This document shows positions 17,326 to 26,237 of a stretch of 64,000 bases of DNA, piece after piece. Within the stretch, counting starts at the first letter, position 1, and each line of letters opens with the position of its first letter. A model generated the notes under the pieces. The model made no database searches. It worked only from the letters and a program-made list of their open reading frames with translations, and was not told where the DNA came from. The DNA is taken from NCBI GenBank assembly GCA_902776275.1, contig CACYPI010000002.1, positions 5,750-69,749 on the forward strand, written 5' to 3'. The position numbers were made by a program, and so were the translations under genes. The DNA is from an uncultured Aeromonadales bacterium. Its GTDB lineage: Bacteria; Pseudomonadota; Gammaproteobacteria; Enterobacterales; Succinivibrionaceae.

Positions 17326-17348
17326 GCCTGCCGCATGAGGCGGCAGGC
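17326..17348 (-). terminator. Stem-loop terminator of the activase-fusion gene
   Basis: On the minus strand, GCCTGCCGC-CTCAT-GCGGCAGGC is followed by CGGGCTTTCAC. Confidence 0.5.
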
Positions 17349-17354
17349 GCAAAG

Positions 17355-20300
17355 TCACGAGCCTGACTTGAAGGCGATGGGCCCCTGGAGCTCGCGCTGC
17401 CTGGCGCGGCGGGCGACCGTGAGCATCAGCTTCAGGCGGTTTAACTGGTTGACCTCGGAGGAGCCTGCATCGCAGTCGATGGTCACGATGTTGGCTTCCT
17501 CACAGTTCTGGCGCAGCGAGTGGATCACGCCCTTGCCGGTGATGTGGTTGGGCAGGCACCCGAAAGGCTGCAGGCAGACGATGTTGGGCACGCCTTCCTT
17601 GATGAGCTTGACCATCTCTCCGGTGAGGAACCAGCCCTCGCCTGCGAGGTTGCCCGGGGAGACGAACTGCGAGGCCATCTTCATGATGTCGAAGATCCCC
17701 TCGGGGGCGGTGAAGCGGCGGCTGTGGCTCAGCGCCTTAACCGCAGGGGCCCTGAAGTGGTTGACTATCGATATGAAGATCCTCGCCCAGACGTCGTCCT
17801 TGAACGATCCTCCCATCAGGCGGCGCTCGACTATCGGATCGCAGGCGAGGTAGAGGAAGAAGTCCACGAAGTCGGGCATCACGACCTCGGCGCCTTCGGA
17901 TAGCAGCTCCTCCTCGAGGTGGTTGTTGGCCACCGGATGGTACTTCACGAGGATCTCGCCCACGATGCCCACGCGCGGCAGGCGCGGCACGTCGAGGATC
18001 GGCACGCTGTCAAAGGCCTCGACCATCTCCCTTACGGTCTTCTTGTACAAGGAGCCGCGGCCGTTCTCCAGCGCCTCCTTGCACTTGGCCATCCACTCAT
18101 CGTAGAGGGCCCTGGTCGAGCCCTTCCTGATCTCGTAGGGCTCGATGCGGTTTTTAAGGCGCATCAGGGTGTCGCCCATCACGGCGGCGCGGATGGCGTC
18201 GCGCATCAGCGGCACGGTCATCTTGAAGGCGTCGGTCTCAAGCCCGTGGAGGGCGAACACCGGCACCTGGCCGAAGCCCGCATACTTGAGCGCCTTGCGC
18301 AGCACCGCCATGTAGTTGGTGGCGCGGCAGGCCCCGCAGGTCTGGAAGAGCACGATTGAGGTGTTGTCAGGATCGTAGTTTCCCGACTTCAGGGCCTCAA
18401 GCAGTTGCCCGATGATCACGATCGCCGGGTAGCACATGTCGTTGTTTACATACTCAAGCCCAAGATCGATGGCCTTGCGGTCGGGCAGGGGCGGGATCAC
18501 GACGTTGTACCCGTACTTGCGCAGCACGGTCTTGAAGAGGTCGAAGTGTATGGGCGCCATCTGCGGGGCGAGGATGGTGTGCTTGCGGCGGCACTCCTCG
18601 GTAAAGCACGGGCGCTGCTCGAACTTGATGGGCTCGAACTGCGGGATCTGGCGGTTGCGGAGAGCGGCGAGCAGCGAGCGCAGGCGGATGCGCGCCGAGC
18701 CTAGGTTCGACACCTCGTCGAGCTTTAGCATGGTGTAGACGCGCCCGTGATCCTCGAGGATCGAGCGCACCTGATCGGTGGTGATGGCGTCCAGGCCGCA
18801 GCCGAACGACGAGAGCTGGATGAGCGTGACATCCGGCGACTCGGCGGCGAACTCGGCCGCGTGGTAGAGGCGGGCGTGGTAGCTCCACTGGTTGACGAGC
18901 CCCGAGTGCTCCTGCCTCACCTTGATGTCGCGCACGCAGTCCTCGGAGATGACTGGGAGCCCGTAGGAGGAGATCATCTGCGGGATGCCGTGGTTGATCT
19001 CAGGATCGATGTGGTACGGGCGGCCTGCAAGCAGGATGATGTGGCGCCCGGCCTTGCGGGCGTCCTCGATGATCTGGTGCCCGCGCCTGAGCACGTCCTG
19101 GCGGCAGCGCTCGAGCTCGCCGTAGGCCTTTTCGATGGCGTCCCTGAGCTGCGCCCTGGTGAAGCCGTACTCCGAGAGCTCCTTCTCAAGGCGCGGGAGC
19201 ATGCTCTTTTGATCGTAGAGCGGCAGGAAGGGCTCGAGGAACTTCACATGCCTCTCGCGGAGCACGTCCATGTTCGAGCGGATGTTCTCGGGGTAGGAGG
19301 CGACGACCGGGCAGTTGTAGTGGTTGTCGAGCTTGATGTACTCGTCGTACATGTTGAGCGGGACGCAGGGATAGAAGATGGTCTTCACGCCCTTGTCGAT
19401 GAGGTTCATCACGTGCCCGTGGGCGAGCTTTGCCGGGTAGCACAGCGAGTCGGACGGCACGGTGGCCATGCCGGTGTAGTAGAGCGCCGCCGAGGAGCGG
19501 TCGGAGAGCACCACCTCGAATCCCAGGGCGGTGAGCAGCGTGAACCAGAACGGGTAGTCCTCGTACATGTTGAGCACGCGCGGGATGCCGATCTTCCCCA
19601 TGGGGGCGTTTTGCAGCGGCTCGTAGTCGAACACGCGGCGGTACTTGTACTCGTAGATGCTGTTCTCCTCGCTGCCCGCGCTCTTGCCGCCTATTCCCTT
19701 CTCGCAGCGGTTGCCGGTGTAGTAGCGGCCGCCGTCGGGGAAGCGCAGCATCGTGATCGAGCAGTTGTTGCCGCACTTGCGGCAGCGGTAGTTGCGCGCC
19801 TTGGCCTCGAACTTTCCAAGCTCATCGGTCCCAAGCAGGGAGCTGCGCGCGCCTTCGGCTGCGCGCTCGCAGGCGAGCAGCGCGGCGCCGTAGGCGCCCA
19901 TGAGGCCTGCAAGATCGGGCCTTATGACCTCGTGGGAGGTGAGCTTCTCCATCGCGCGCAGCACCGCGTCGTTCAGGAAGGTTCCGCCCTGGACCACGAT
20001 GCGGTCGCCAAGGGCCTTCATGTCGCGCAGCTGCATGACCTTGAACAGGGCGTTGCGGATCACCGAGATGGCGATGCCCGCCGAGATGTCCGCGACGTCG
20101 GCGCCGTCCTTCTGGGCCTGCTTGACGCGCGAGTTCATGAACACGGTGCACCTGGTGCCGAGGTCCACCGGGTGGCGGGACTTGACGGCAAGGGAGGCGA
20201 AGTCGGAGACCGGCATGCCCAGCGACTTTGCGAAGGTCTCGATGAAGGAGCCGCAGCCTGCCGAGCAGGCCTCGTTCAGCGTGATGCCGCCGATGACGCC

Positions 20301-21599
20301 GTCTTTGACGAAGAAGCACTTCATGTCCTGGCCGCCGATGTCCATCACGAAGGTCACGCCCTTGCAGAACTCGGAGGCCGCGCGCAAGTGCGCGAAGGTC
20401 TCGACCTCGCCCAGGTCGGCGTGCAGCGCGGCCTTGACGAGATCCTCGCCGTAGCCCGTGGAGCAGCACGAGGCGATCCACGCGCCCTCGGGCAGCGCCG
20501 CGTAGAGGCCCTGGAGCTCGTCTATAGCGGTCCTGAGCGGCGCGCCGCCGTTTGAGCGGTAGTCGGTGTAGAGCAGGCGGTGGTTCTTGTCGCAGCAGGC
20601 AAGCTTGGTGGTCGTGGACCCAGCGTCGATGCCCACGAACAGAGGCCCCTTGGCGCCTTCAAGGCTTGCGCGCGGCACGCGCTCATTAAGGTGGCGCGCC
20701 TTGAAGGCCTCGTACTCCTCCTCGCTGTCAAAGAGCGTGAGCTCGGAGCTTGCGCTGGTGCGCTTTGACGGCTTTGAGACGGCGCCGATGATCGAGTCGA
20801 GATCGCACTCCCTGGAGCTTTCGCACAAAGCCGCGCCGCGGGCTACGAAGTAGTTGGAGTCCTCGACCTTGACGACGTCTCCCTCGCCAAGGCCCAAGGT
20901 CTTGACGAAGCGCTCGCGCAGCAAAGGCAGGAAGTGGAGCGGACCGCCCAGGAAGGCGACGCGGCCCTTGATGGGCCTGCCCTGGGCGAGGTTGCCGATG
21001 GTCTGGTTGACCACGGCCTGGAACACCGAGAGCGCGATGTCCTCGCGGCTGATGCCGGTGTTCATGAGCGCCTGCACGTCGGTCTTGGCGAACACGCCGC
21101 AGCGCGAGGCGATGGTGTGGATCTCCCTGCCTTTCTCGGCAAGCGCGTTGAGGCCTGCGGCATCGGTTGAGAGCAGCGCGGCCATCTGGTCGATGAACGA
21201 TCCGGTGCCGCCTGCGCAGGCGCCGTTCATGCGCTGCTCCATCGAGCCGCGGAAATAGGTGATCTTGGCGTCCTCGCCGCCCAGCTCGATGGCGGTGTCG
21301 GTCTGGGGGATCAGCTTCTCGACTGCGGCGGCGCAGGCGATGACCTCCTGCTCAAACGGGATGCCCGCCTCCTGGGCGATGCCCATGGCCGACGAGCCGG
21401 TGAGGGCGAGGGTGAAGCCCTCGCCGCCTGTCACCTGCCGGATCTTCTGAAGGTGGCGCAGCAGGGCCTTGCGGGTCTCGGACATGTGGCGCTCGTAGTT
21501 CTGATAGACCGCCTTGCCAGAGCCGTCGAGGATGACGGTCTTGATGGTGGTCGAGCCGATGTCGATTCCGATGTGGTATTTCGCAGTTTTTTCTGCCAT
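17355..21599 (-). CDS. Acyl-CoA dehydratase activase-related fusion protein (two BcrAD/BadFG ATPase modules plus a dehydratase-like HgdB/DUF2229 region)
   Basis: 1414 aa from MAEKTAKYHIGIDIGSTT. A second actin-fold ATPase module follows (LFVGIDAGSTTTK). The long C-terminal region has a Cys motif (CRKCGNNC) and a 2-hydroxyacyl-CoA dehydratase-like fold, as seen in widely annotated putative CoA-substrate-specific enzyme activases. Confidence 0.85.
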   Translation of the reverse strand: MAEKTAKYHIGIDIGSTTIKTVILDGSGKAVYQNYERHMSETRKALLRHLQKIRQVTGGEGFTLALTGSSAMGIAQEAGIPFEQEVIACAAAVEKLIPQTDTAIELGGEDAKITYFRGSMEQRMNGACAGGTGSFIDQMAALLSTDAAGLNALAEKGREIHTIASRCGVFAKTDVQALMNTGISREDIALSVFQAVVNQTIGNLAQGRPIKGRVAFLGGPLHFLPLLRERFVKTLGLGEGDVVKVEDSNYFVARGAALCESSRECDLDSIIGAVSKPSKRTSASSELTLFDSEEEYEAFKARHLNERVPRASLEGAKGPLFVGIDAGSTTTKLACCDKNHRLLYTDYRSNGGAPLRTAIDELQGLYAALPEGAWIASCCSTGYGEDLVKAALHADLGEVETFAHLRAASEFCKGVTFVMDIGGQDMKCFFVKDGVIGGITLNEACSAGCGSFIETFAKSLGMPVSDFASLAVKSRHPVDLGTRCTVFMNSRVKQAQKDGADVADISAGIAISVIRNALFKVMQLRDMKALGDRIVVQGGTFLNDAVLRAMEKLTSHEVIRPDLAGLMGAYGAALLACERAAEGARSSLLGTDELGKFEAKARNYRCRKCGNNCSITMLRFPDGGRYYTGNRCEKGIGGKSAGSEENSIYEYKYRRVFDYEPLQNAPMGKIGIPRVLNMYEDYPFWFTLLTALGFEVVLSDRSSAALYYTGMATVPSDSLCYPAKLAHGHVMNLIDKGVKTIFYPCVPLNMYDEYIKLDNHYNCPVVASYPENIRSNMDVLRERHVKFLEPFLPLYDQKSMLPRLEKELSEYGFTRAQLRDAIEKAYGELERCRQDVLRRGHQIIEDARKAGRHIILLAGRPYHIDPEINHGIPQMISSYGLPVISEDCVRDIKVRQEHSGLVNQWSYHARLYHAAEFAAESPDVTLIQLSSFGCGLDAITTDQVRSILEDHGRVYTMLKLDEVSNLGSARIRLRSLLAALRNRQIPQFEPIKFEQRPCFTEECRRKHTILAPQMAPIHFDLFKTVLRKYGYNVVIPPLPDRKAIDLGLEYVNNDMCYPAIVIIGQLLEALKSGNYDPDNTSIVLFQTCGACRATNYMAVLRKALKYAGFGQVPVFALHGLETDAFKMTVPLMRDAIRAAVMGDTLMRLKNRIEPYEIRKGSTRALYDEWMAKCKEALENGRGSLYKKTVREMVEAFDSVPILDVPRLPRVGIVGEILVKYHPVANNHLEEELLSEGAEVVMPDFVDFFLYLACDPIVERRLMGGSFKDDVWARIFISIVNHFRAPAVKALSHSRRFTAPEGIFDIMKMASQFVSPGNLAGEGWFLTGEMVKLIKEGVPNIVCLQPFGCLPNHITGKGVIHSLRQNCEEANIVTIDCDAGSSEVNQLNRLKLMLTVARRARQRELQGPIAFKSGS

Positions 21600-21661
21600 G
21601 GAAAAGCCACAGCCCCCTTTGCCGCCGTCCCGCGAGGGACGCCCCATTTTTGATCCACAGG

Positions 21662-21690
21662 ATCTTAACGCTGATTTAAAAAAATGTCAT
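21662..21690 (-). promoter_or_regulatory. Candidate sigma70 promoter of the activase-fusion gene
   Basis: The minus strand reads ATGACA, a 17-nt spacer, then TAAGAT, about 60 nt upstream of the start codon. Confidence 0.35.
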
Positions 21691-21978
21691 TTTTGGGATA
21701 GTTACGCGAAAATTAAACGCAAATGTCTGTAAAAGCGCCCGGAAGAGCGCCCATTTTTGCCCAGGTTAAAGAAAGCCCGCCTCCTGCCGTTCTTTAAGGC
21801 AGGTGTTCCAGGGCCCGATGCCAGCTTTGGGAAGCCGGGACTGCGGGGCAGGGAAAAATCCGCAGGCTCGAATTTGAAGCTTCGGCCGATGGGCTGGAAC
21901 GTCAGGAGAGAAGACGGCGGGAAAGACCGCGGACGGGGGCGGACGCCGCAAGGCGCCCGCCCCCGTTGCATCAGGGCG

Positions 21979-22003
21979 GAAAAAGCGCGGAAGGCTGCGC
22001 TTT
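21979..22003 (-). terminator. Rho-independent terminator of the ADH-like gene
   Basis: On the minus strand, AAAGCGC-loop-GCGCTTT is followed by TTCC (a T5 run including the stem). Confidence 0.5.
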
Positions 22004-22005
22004 AC

Positions 22006-23121
22006 CTAGAGCAGCCTTGAGTAGATGCTGCGCACCTCGCCGGCGCTAAGCGGGCTGTAGGAGTTTGAAAGTGCCAGCGCGCCGCGGGTCACCGCGATGT
22101 CGGTGAACTCGGGGATCTGCTCCTCCTTCATGCCGCTCATGCCAAGCGGATTCTGCGGCATCACGTCGGCGCACAGGCGCGATGCGCATCCCAGGGCCTC
22201 CTCAGGCTCGCACTTCAAGAGCTCTCCCAGGAGCCCCTTCAAGTCCTCGAGGGCGCGCGAGTGGCTCTTCTGATCGTACTTCTCGAAGATGCTCCCAAGC
22301 AGGGCGTAGTAGGCGGCGCCCCTCTTCATGCCGAGCCTGAGCATCAGCGGGGCGGCGAGCGCCTGCACCGCAGCAGGCCCGGTGCAGCCGTAGGCGGCGC
22401 CTGCAAGGCAGCCTGCCTCCTGGAGCTCTCCCAAATAGGAGGAGATGGCGCCCGCGCCGCTGCGCGAGACCTTCTTCCAGACTGCGACCAGGGTGCGCAG
22501 CGACTTCTCGCACAGCGCGCGGCTCATGAAGGTGGAGCAGGGCGAGATGTAGGATTCGCAATCGTGCGTGAAGGTCTCGAACGACGAGGCCGCCAGGCGG
22601 TCGAAGGCCATGGCCGAGAGCGCCTCGGGGCACAGGCAGACCAGGTCCGCCTCAAGCTCGGGCGACACGATGGTGCGCACCGCGCCCTCGTCGGGGAAGA
22701 ACACCGACGCAAATGGCGTGGCCTCGGTGCCGGTGCCCGGGGTGGTCGGCACGAGCACGAGCTGGCGATCGCGCCTGATCATGGCCGGATCATCCAGGAG
22801 CGCGCGGCAGGGCGCCGGGCGCTCGGTGGCGAGGATCTTGGAGAGCTGCATCAGAAGCCCGCCGCCTATGCAGATCACGCGGGTGTAAGAGGCGCCGGCG
22901 AGCGCGGCGGCGGAGTCGGCGGTGCGCCCGGTGAGCGGCCCCTTTGGCAGATCCTCGCGCAGCACCAGCTTGCAATCGTCAAACGACCCTTGGGGGAAGA
23001 GCTTGAGCCCCCTTGCGTCGGTCACCACCAGATCCCCGCCTTGGGGGGCGATCTCCTCGAGTATCCTGGCGCAGCTCAAGCAGGGCAGGATCTTCGCGCG
23101 AAGCGCAAAACTCTTTTCCAT
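22006..23121 (-). CDS. Iron-containing alcohol dehydrogenase family protein (divergent)
   Basis: Start MEKSFAL, preceded by AGGAGG. ICIGGGLLMQLSK resembles the GGGSxxDxAK motif, and SSFETFTHDCESY resembles the DALxHxxE motif. The later metal-ligand His positions are not evident. Confidence 0.6.
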   Translation of the reverse strand: MEKSFALRAKILPCLSCARILEEIAPQGGDLVVTDARGLKLFPQGSFDDCKLVLREDLPKGPLTGRTADSAAALAGASYTRVICIGGGLLMQLSKILATERPAPCRALLDDPAMIRRDRQLVLVPTTPGTGTEATPFASVFFPDEGAVRTIVSPELEADLVCLCPEALSAMAFDRLAASSFETFTHDCESYISPCSTFMSRALCEKSLRTLVAVWKKVSRSGAGAISSYLGELQEAGCLAGAAYGCTGPAAVQALAAPLMLRLGMKRGAAYYALLGSIFEKYDQKSHSRALEDLKGLLGELLKCEPEEALGCASRLCADVMPQNPLGMSGMKEEQIPEFTDIAVTRGALALSNSYSPLSAGEVRSIYSRLL

Positions 23122-23315
23122 AAAACCTCCTGGACTCTTGGCAACTTTAATTGAGGACTTCAATTCGCGTGGAAAAAATTGGTTGTTCTGCGCGGCAGGG
23201 CACACAACCGCTTGCAAAAACTTGATGCATGCACGACTTGGATCGCTTGGGGGCTTTTCAGTGCCATCGCCTGGAAGGCCCGGCGCTGCGCGCATTAATG
23301 CACCGCGCCGATAGA

Positions 23316-23324
23316 TGGTAGAAT
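23316..23324 (+). promoter_or_regulatory. Candidate extended -10 element (TGGTAGAAT) upstream of the methyltransferase gene
   Basis: TGn-TAGAAT lies 80 nt upstream of the ATG. The same GGTAGAATGGGC string occurs upstream of dgkA (13457-13468). Confidence 0.35.
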
Positions 23325-23403
23325 GGGCCCCCGGAGTGGCTTGAGGCCGCCCCTGACATGAAACATTCAGGATTTTTCAGGGACTTCAGGAGGACTTGCT
23401 GGA

Positions 23404-25293
23404 ATGGCCAGCGCTCTATTTGCCGACAACCTGGTTGGCGTGGCGGAGGCTGCGGGGATGCTCCGCGTCAGCGCCGCCACAGTGCGCAACTGGCTCAAGT
23501 CAGGCCGGATATCCCAGAGCGCAAGCGATGATCGCGGCCGCCCGCAGTTCTCGGTCAAGTACCTCGAGGGTATGCGCGCCCAGGCCCAGCGCAGCGCCAG
23601 GTCCAAGGGCCGTCCCAGGCGCGGCGACGTAGCCTGCCCAGGCCAGGGTCGCAACGCCCAGGCCGTCGAGGCCATCTGCAGCGCCGCTCAGGGCAGGGGC
23701 GCGCTCTACATGCGCGCCGCCCTGTGCGAGGCGGCGCTGCGGCTCATGTGCCGCTCGGGCATCGTGTTCAACACCTCCCCGCGCAGCGGCGAGACCTGCC
23801 TTGGCGCCTGGGCCCGCGGCGGCATCGAGCGCGCCGAGGCCTTCGAGGAGCTTCTATTGGGGCTGCTCTCGGACTACCGCGTCGATCGGATCCGCCAGGC
23901 GGCCCAGGCACTGCCTGAGTTCAAGCTCGATTCCTCAGGCGATGTGCTGGGGATGCTCTATTCCTCCTTCCTCCAGATGGAGGGCGATGGGAAGGCCAGG
24001 ACGCCTTACGCGCCCGAGGATCTGTGCGACCGCGTGGCCTGCGATCTTGGCAACGAGCGCGACGTGTTCCTCGATCCCTGCTGCGGCAGCGGCGGGTTCA
24101 TCCTGGCCCTGCTGCGCCGCGGGATCTCGCCTGAGCGCGTCTACGGCATCGACCAAAGGCCGATGTGCGTGAGGATAGCCCGCGTCAACGCGGCCATCGC
24201 CACGGGGATCCAGGACAAGGCCTATTACAGGCGCCATTTCCGCATCGCGGACGCGCTCAAGGCCAAGCGCCTGCCGGCGTTCAGCGTGGCGCTGGGCTGC
24301 CCGCCCTGGGAGGGCGGGCGCGGCGGGGCGGGCGCGTCGCTTTGCGACGAGCACGTCTCGCGCACGCTCGAGGCGCTGCCAGGGCACGGGATCATGCGCT
24401 ACGTGCTCCCGCAGTCGCTCCTGGACTTGAAGTCCCACGAGGAAACGCGCCGCGAGATCGCCTCGTGCGCGCGCATAAGGCAGGTGTGCTACCTGGGGGC
24501 GCTTCCGCGCTGCCCGGGAGGGCAGGCGGTGTGCCTCACGGCGGAAAAGGACGCCCCGGGCTCCTCAGGCTCCAAGGCAGTGCAGGTGCAGACCCCCAGC
24601 CGCAGCTTCACCATCAGGAGGCGCATGGCCCCGGGCGACTTCTCCTTTGACACCGACGATGACGAGCACAAGCTCATCGAGGTCATAGCAAGCGGCAGCC
24701 GCTTCACCCTCAAGGACACCGCATCCTTTGGCATGGGCATAGTCACCGGGGACAACCGGACACTGGTCAGGCACTCGAGCGAGGGCGGGGCCGAGAGCGT
24801 GCTGCGCGGCAGCTGCGTGACGGCGTTCCGGGTCTGCGAGAGAGGCGAGTACATAGTGTTTGACCGCTCGCGCTTCCAGCAGAGCCCGGCGCTCGAGCTC
24901 TTCAGGAGCCCCGCGAAGATCCTCTACCGCTTCGTCGCCGACTGCCCTGTGGCCGCGGTGGACACCAAGGGAAGGCTCACGCTCAACAGCTGCAACTTCA
25001 TCATCCCGCAGGGCGGGGTGGCGATGTGCCGCTACATAGCCGCGCTGCTCAACAGCGCGGTGATGCGCTTTTACTTCAAAAAGCGCTTCCCCGCCCAGAA
25101 GATCCTGCGCTCGCACCTGGAGGCGCTGCCTCTCCCCAAGGCCTCGCCCTCGAAGATGGAGGAGGTTTCGATGCTCTCGGAGCGCTATTACGACGAGGAC
25201 GGCAGGCGCGCGTACGAGCGCGCGGTGGCCGCCCTCTACGGGCTTGATGAAAAGGATTTCGCGGCCCTTCTGGCCGCAGGCGGGAGGTGCTGA
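23404..25293 (+). CDS. N6-adenine DNA methyltransferase (gamma class, TaqI/Eco57I-like) with an N-terminal HTH
   Basis: 629 aa. It has an excisionase/MerR-like HTH (VAEAAGMLRVSAATVRNWLKSGRI), SAM motif I (FLDPCCGSGGF), a catalytic motif IV read as GCPPW rather than NPPY/W, and a TaqI_C-like target-recognition tail (LNSAVMRFYFKKRF). Confidence 0.8.
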   Translation: MASALFADNLVGVAEAAGMLRVSAATVRNWLKSGRISQSASDDRGRPQFSVKYLEGMRAQAQRSARSKGRPRRGDVACPGQGRNAQAVEAICSAAQGRGALYMRAALCEAALRLMCRSGIVFNTSPRSGETCLGAWARGGIERAEAFEELLLGLLSDYRVDRIRQAAQALPEFKLDSSGDVLGMLYSSFLQMEGDGKARTPYAPEDLCDRVACDLGNERDVFLDPCCGSGGFILALLRRGISPERVYGIDQRPMCVRIARVNAAIATGIQDKAYYRRHFRIADALKAKRLPAFSVALGCPPWEGGRGGAGASLCDEHVSRTLEALPGHGIMRYVLPQSLLDLKSHEETRREIASCARIRQVCYLGALPRCPGGQAVCLTAEKDAPGSSGSKAVQVQTPSRSFTIRRRMAPGDFSFDTDDDEHKLIEVIASGSRFTLKDTASFGMGIVTGDNRTLVRHSSEGGAESVLRGSCVTAFRVCERGEYIVFDRSRFQQSPALELFRSPAKILYRFVADCPVAAVDTKGRLTLNSCNFIIPQGGVAMCRYIAALLNSAVMRFYFKKRFPAQKILRSHLEALPLPKASPSKMEEVSMLSERYYDEDGRRAYERAVAALYGLDEKDFAALLAAGGRC

Positions 25294-26030
25294 TGGAAGG
25301 CATTGGACTGGGTGCCCGCAAGGCGCGGGTTGGCGGGATGGCCGTGGACGCGGGCGCGGGCGGCATCGCAACGCGCATGCGCTTCAAGAACGGCGCACGC
25401 GGGAGCATCGCGCTGTTCAAGACCATGGTGCCCTACATCGTCCAGTGCTGGTTGGGCGTGCTCGGATTCGGCAGCCTGACCATGGCCCAGTGCGAGCTGC
25501 TTTCAAAGGGCCTCGACCTCCCTGGGCAGCCGCGCAAGGAGGCCTCGTGCGCCGCGCGCATGATCCAGTCGGGGATCCTCGCCTGCCAGCTGGTCGAGGA
25601 CGGTAAGTTCGGCTTTGACGGCAAGTCGTTCTCCTCGCTCTACCGCGCCCAGAACGGGGAGGAGGCGCAAGGCCTGGCCAAGGTGGGCGGGGAACTTGAG
25701 GAGATAGCCTCGCTGGTGCGTGACGGCTACGCCCGCGCGGCCCTGGCCTTCCTGCTGGCGCTGAAGGAGCACCCAGGCGATCCCTCATGGGACCTGCCCG
25801 CGGCGGTCTTCATGGAGGCGGCGCTGGCCTCCTGCAGCTTCGCTCCGCTCATCATCCCCGCGCGCGACTGCGACCTCTTCCGCACGAGGCTGCGCGCCTT
25901 CCTGCGCGACGGCGACTCCTCGCAGATGCTCAAGCTTATGCGCGCGGCGGTCGGCCGCGGCGAGGCGGTGCGCCGCCGCCGCGGCAAGGGAACCTCGCCG
26001 GGGTCGTTCTTCCCGTACTTCCCTGACTGA
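25293..26030 (+). CDS. Hypothetical protein (245 aa), translationally coupled to the methyltransferase
   Basis: The ATG overlaps the MTase stop (TGATG) and GGGAGG lies 6 nt upstream. Codon usage matches the host (GC3-rich). No motif recognised. Confidence 0.5.
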   Translation: MEGIGLGARKARVGGMAVDAGAGGIATRMRFKNGARGSIALFKTMVPYIVQCWLGVLGFGSLTMAQCELLSKGLDLPGQPRKEASCAARMIQSGILACQLVEDGKFGFDGKSFSSLYRAQNGEEAQGLAKVGGELEEIASLVRDGYARAALAFLLALKEHPGDPSWDLPAAVFMEAALASCSFAPLIIPARDCDLFRTRLRAFLRDGDSSQMLKLMRAAVGRGEAVRRRRGKGTSPGSFFPYFPD

Positions 26031-26237
26031 GGCGGGGCTTCATCGCGCATTGCGCGAAAAAAGCCGCGCTTTTGAGCGCCAAAGCCGCTTTCGGGGATAT
26101 TCTTTTCTGAATTTCGATACATTAGGCTAGAATCTAGTACTACATGGCTAGGCTGTGCCTGCCGTTAACTACTACAAGGGAAGCGCAAGGCTTTGCCCTT
26201 TTCGCGCTCAACACAACAGGCGTTTCCGGAGGAACTG

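Noticed and set aside
14479-17343. Shared 11-mer GCATGAGGCGG at 14479-14489 and 17333-17343, flanking the JetD-like/hypothetical segment, as possible att-like direct repeats
   Set aside because: Many 11-nt matches are expected by chance in 64 kb of GC-rich sequence. Both copies sit inside independent terminator-type hairpins, and no integrase or other mobility gene is present.
17116-17853. 245-aa plus-strand ORF
   Set aside because: It starts in the repeat-rich intergenic region and runs antisense into the 3' end of the activase-fusion gene. It has no RBS or motif.
18747-20555. 602-aa plus-strand ORF
   Set aside because: It is fully antisense to the well-supported activase-fusion gene. Its translation is an A/G/R/V/D-rich low-complexity string, typical of off-strand frames in GC-rich DNA.
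21702-22020. Small ORFs (61-89 aa) in the intergenic region between the activase-fusion and ADH-like genes
   Set aside because: They overlap terminator and promoter structures, have no RBS, and give basic low-complexity translations.
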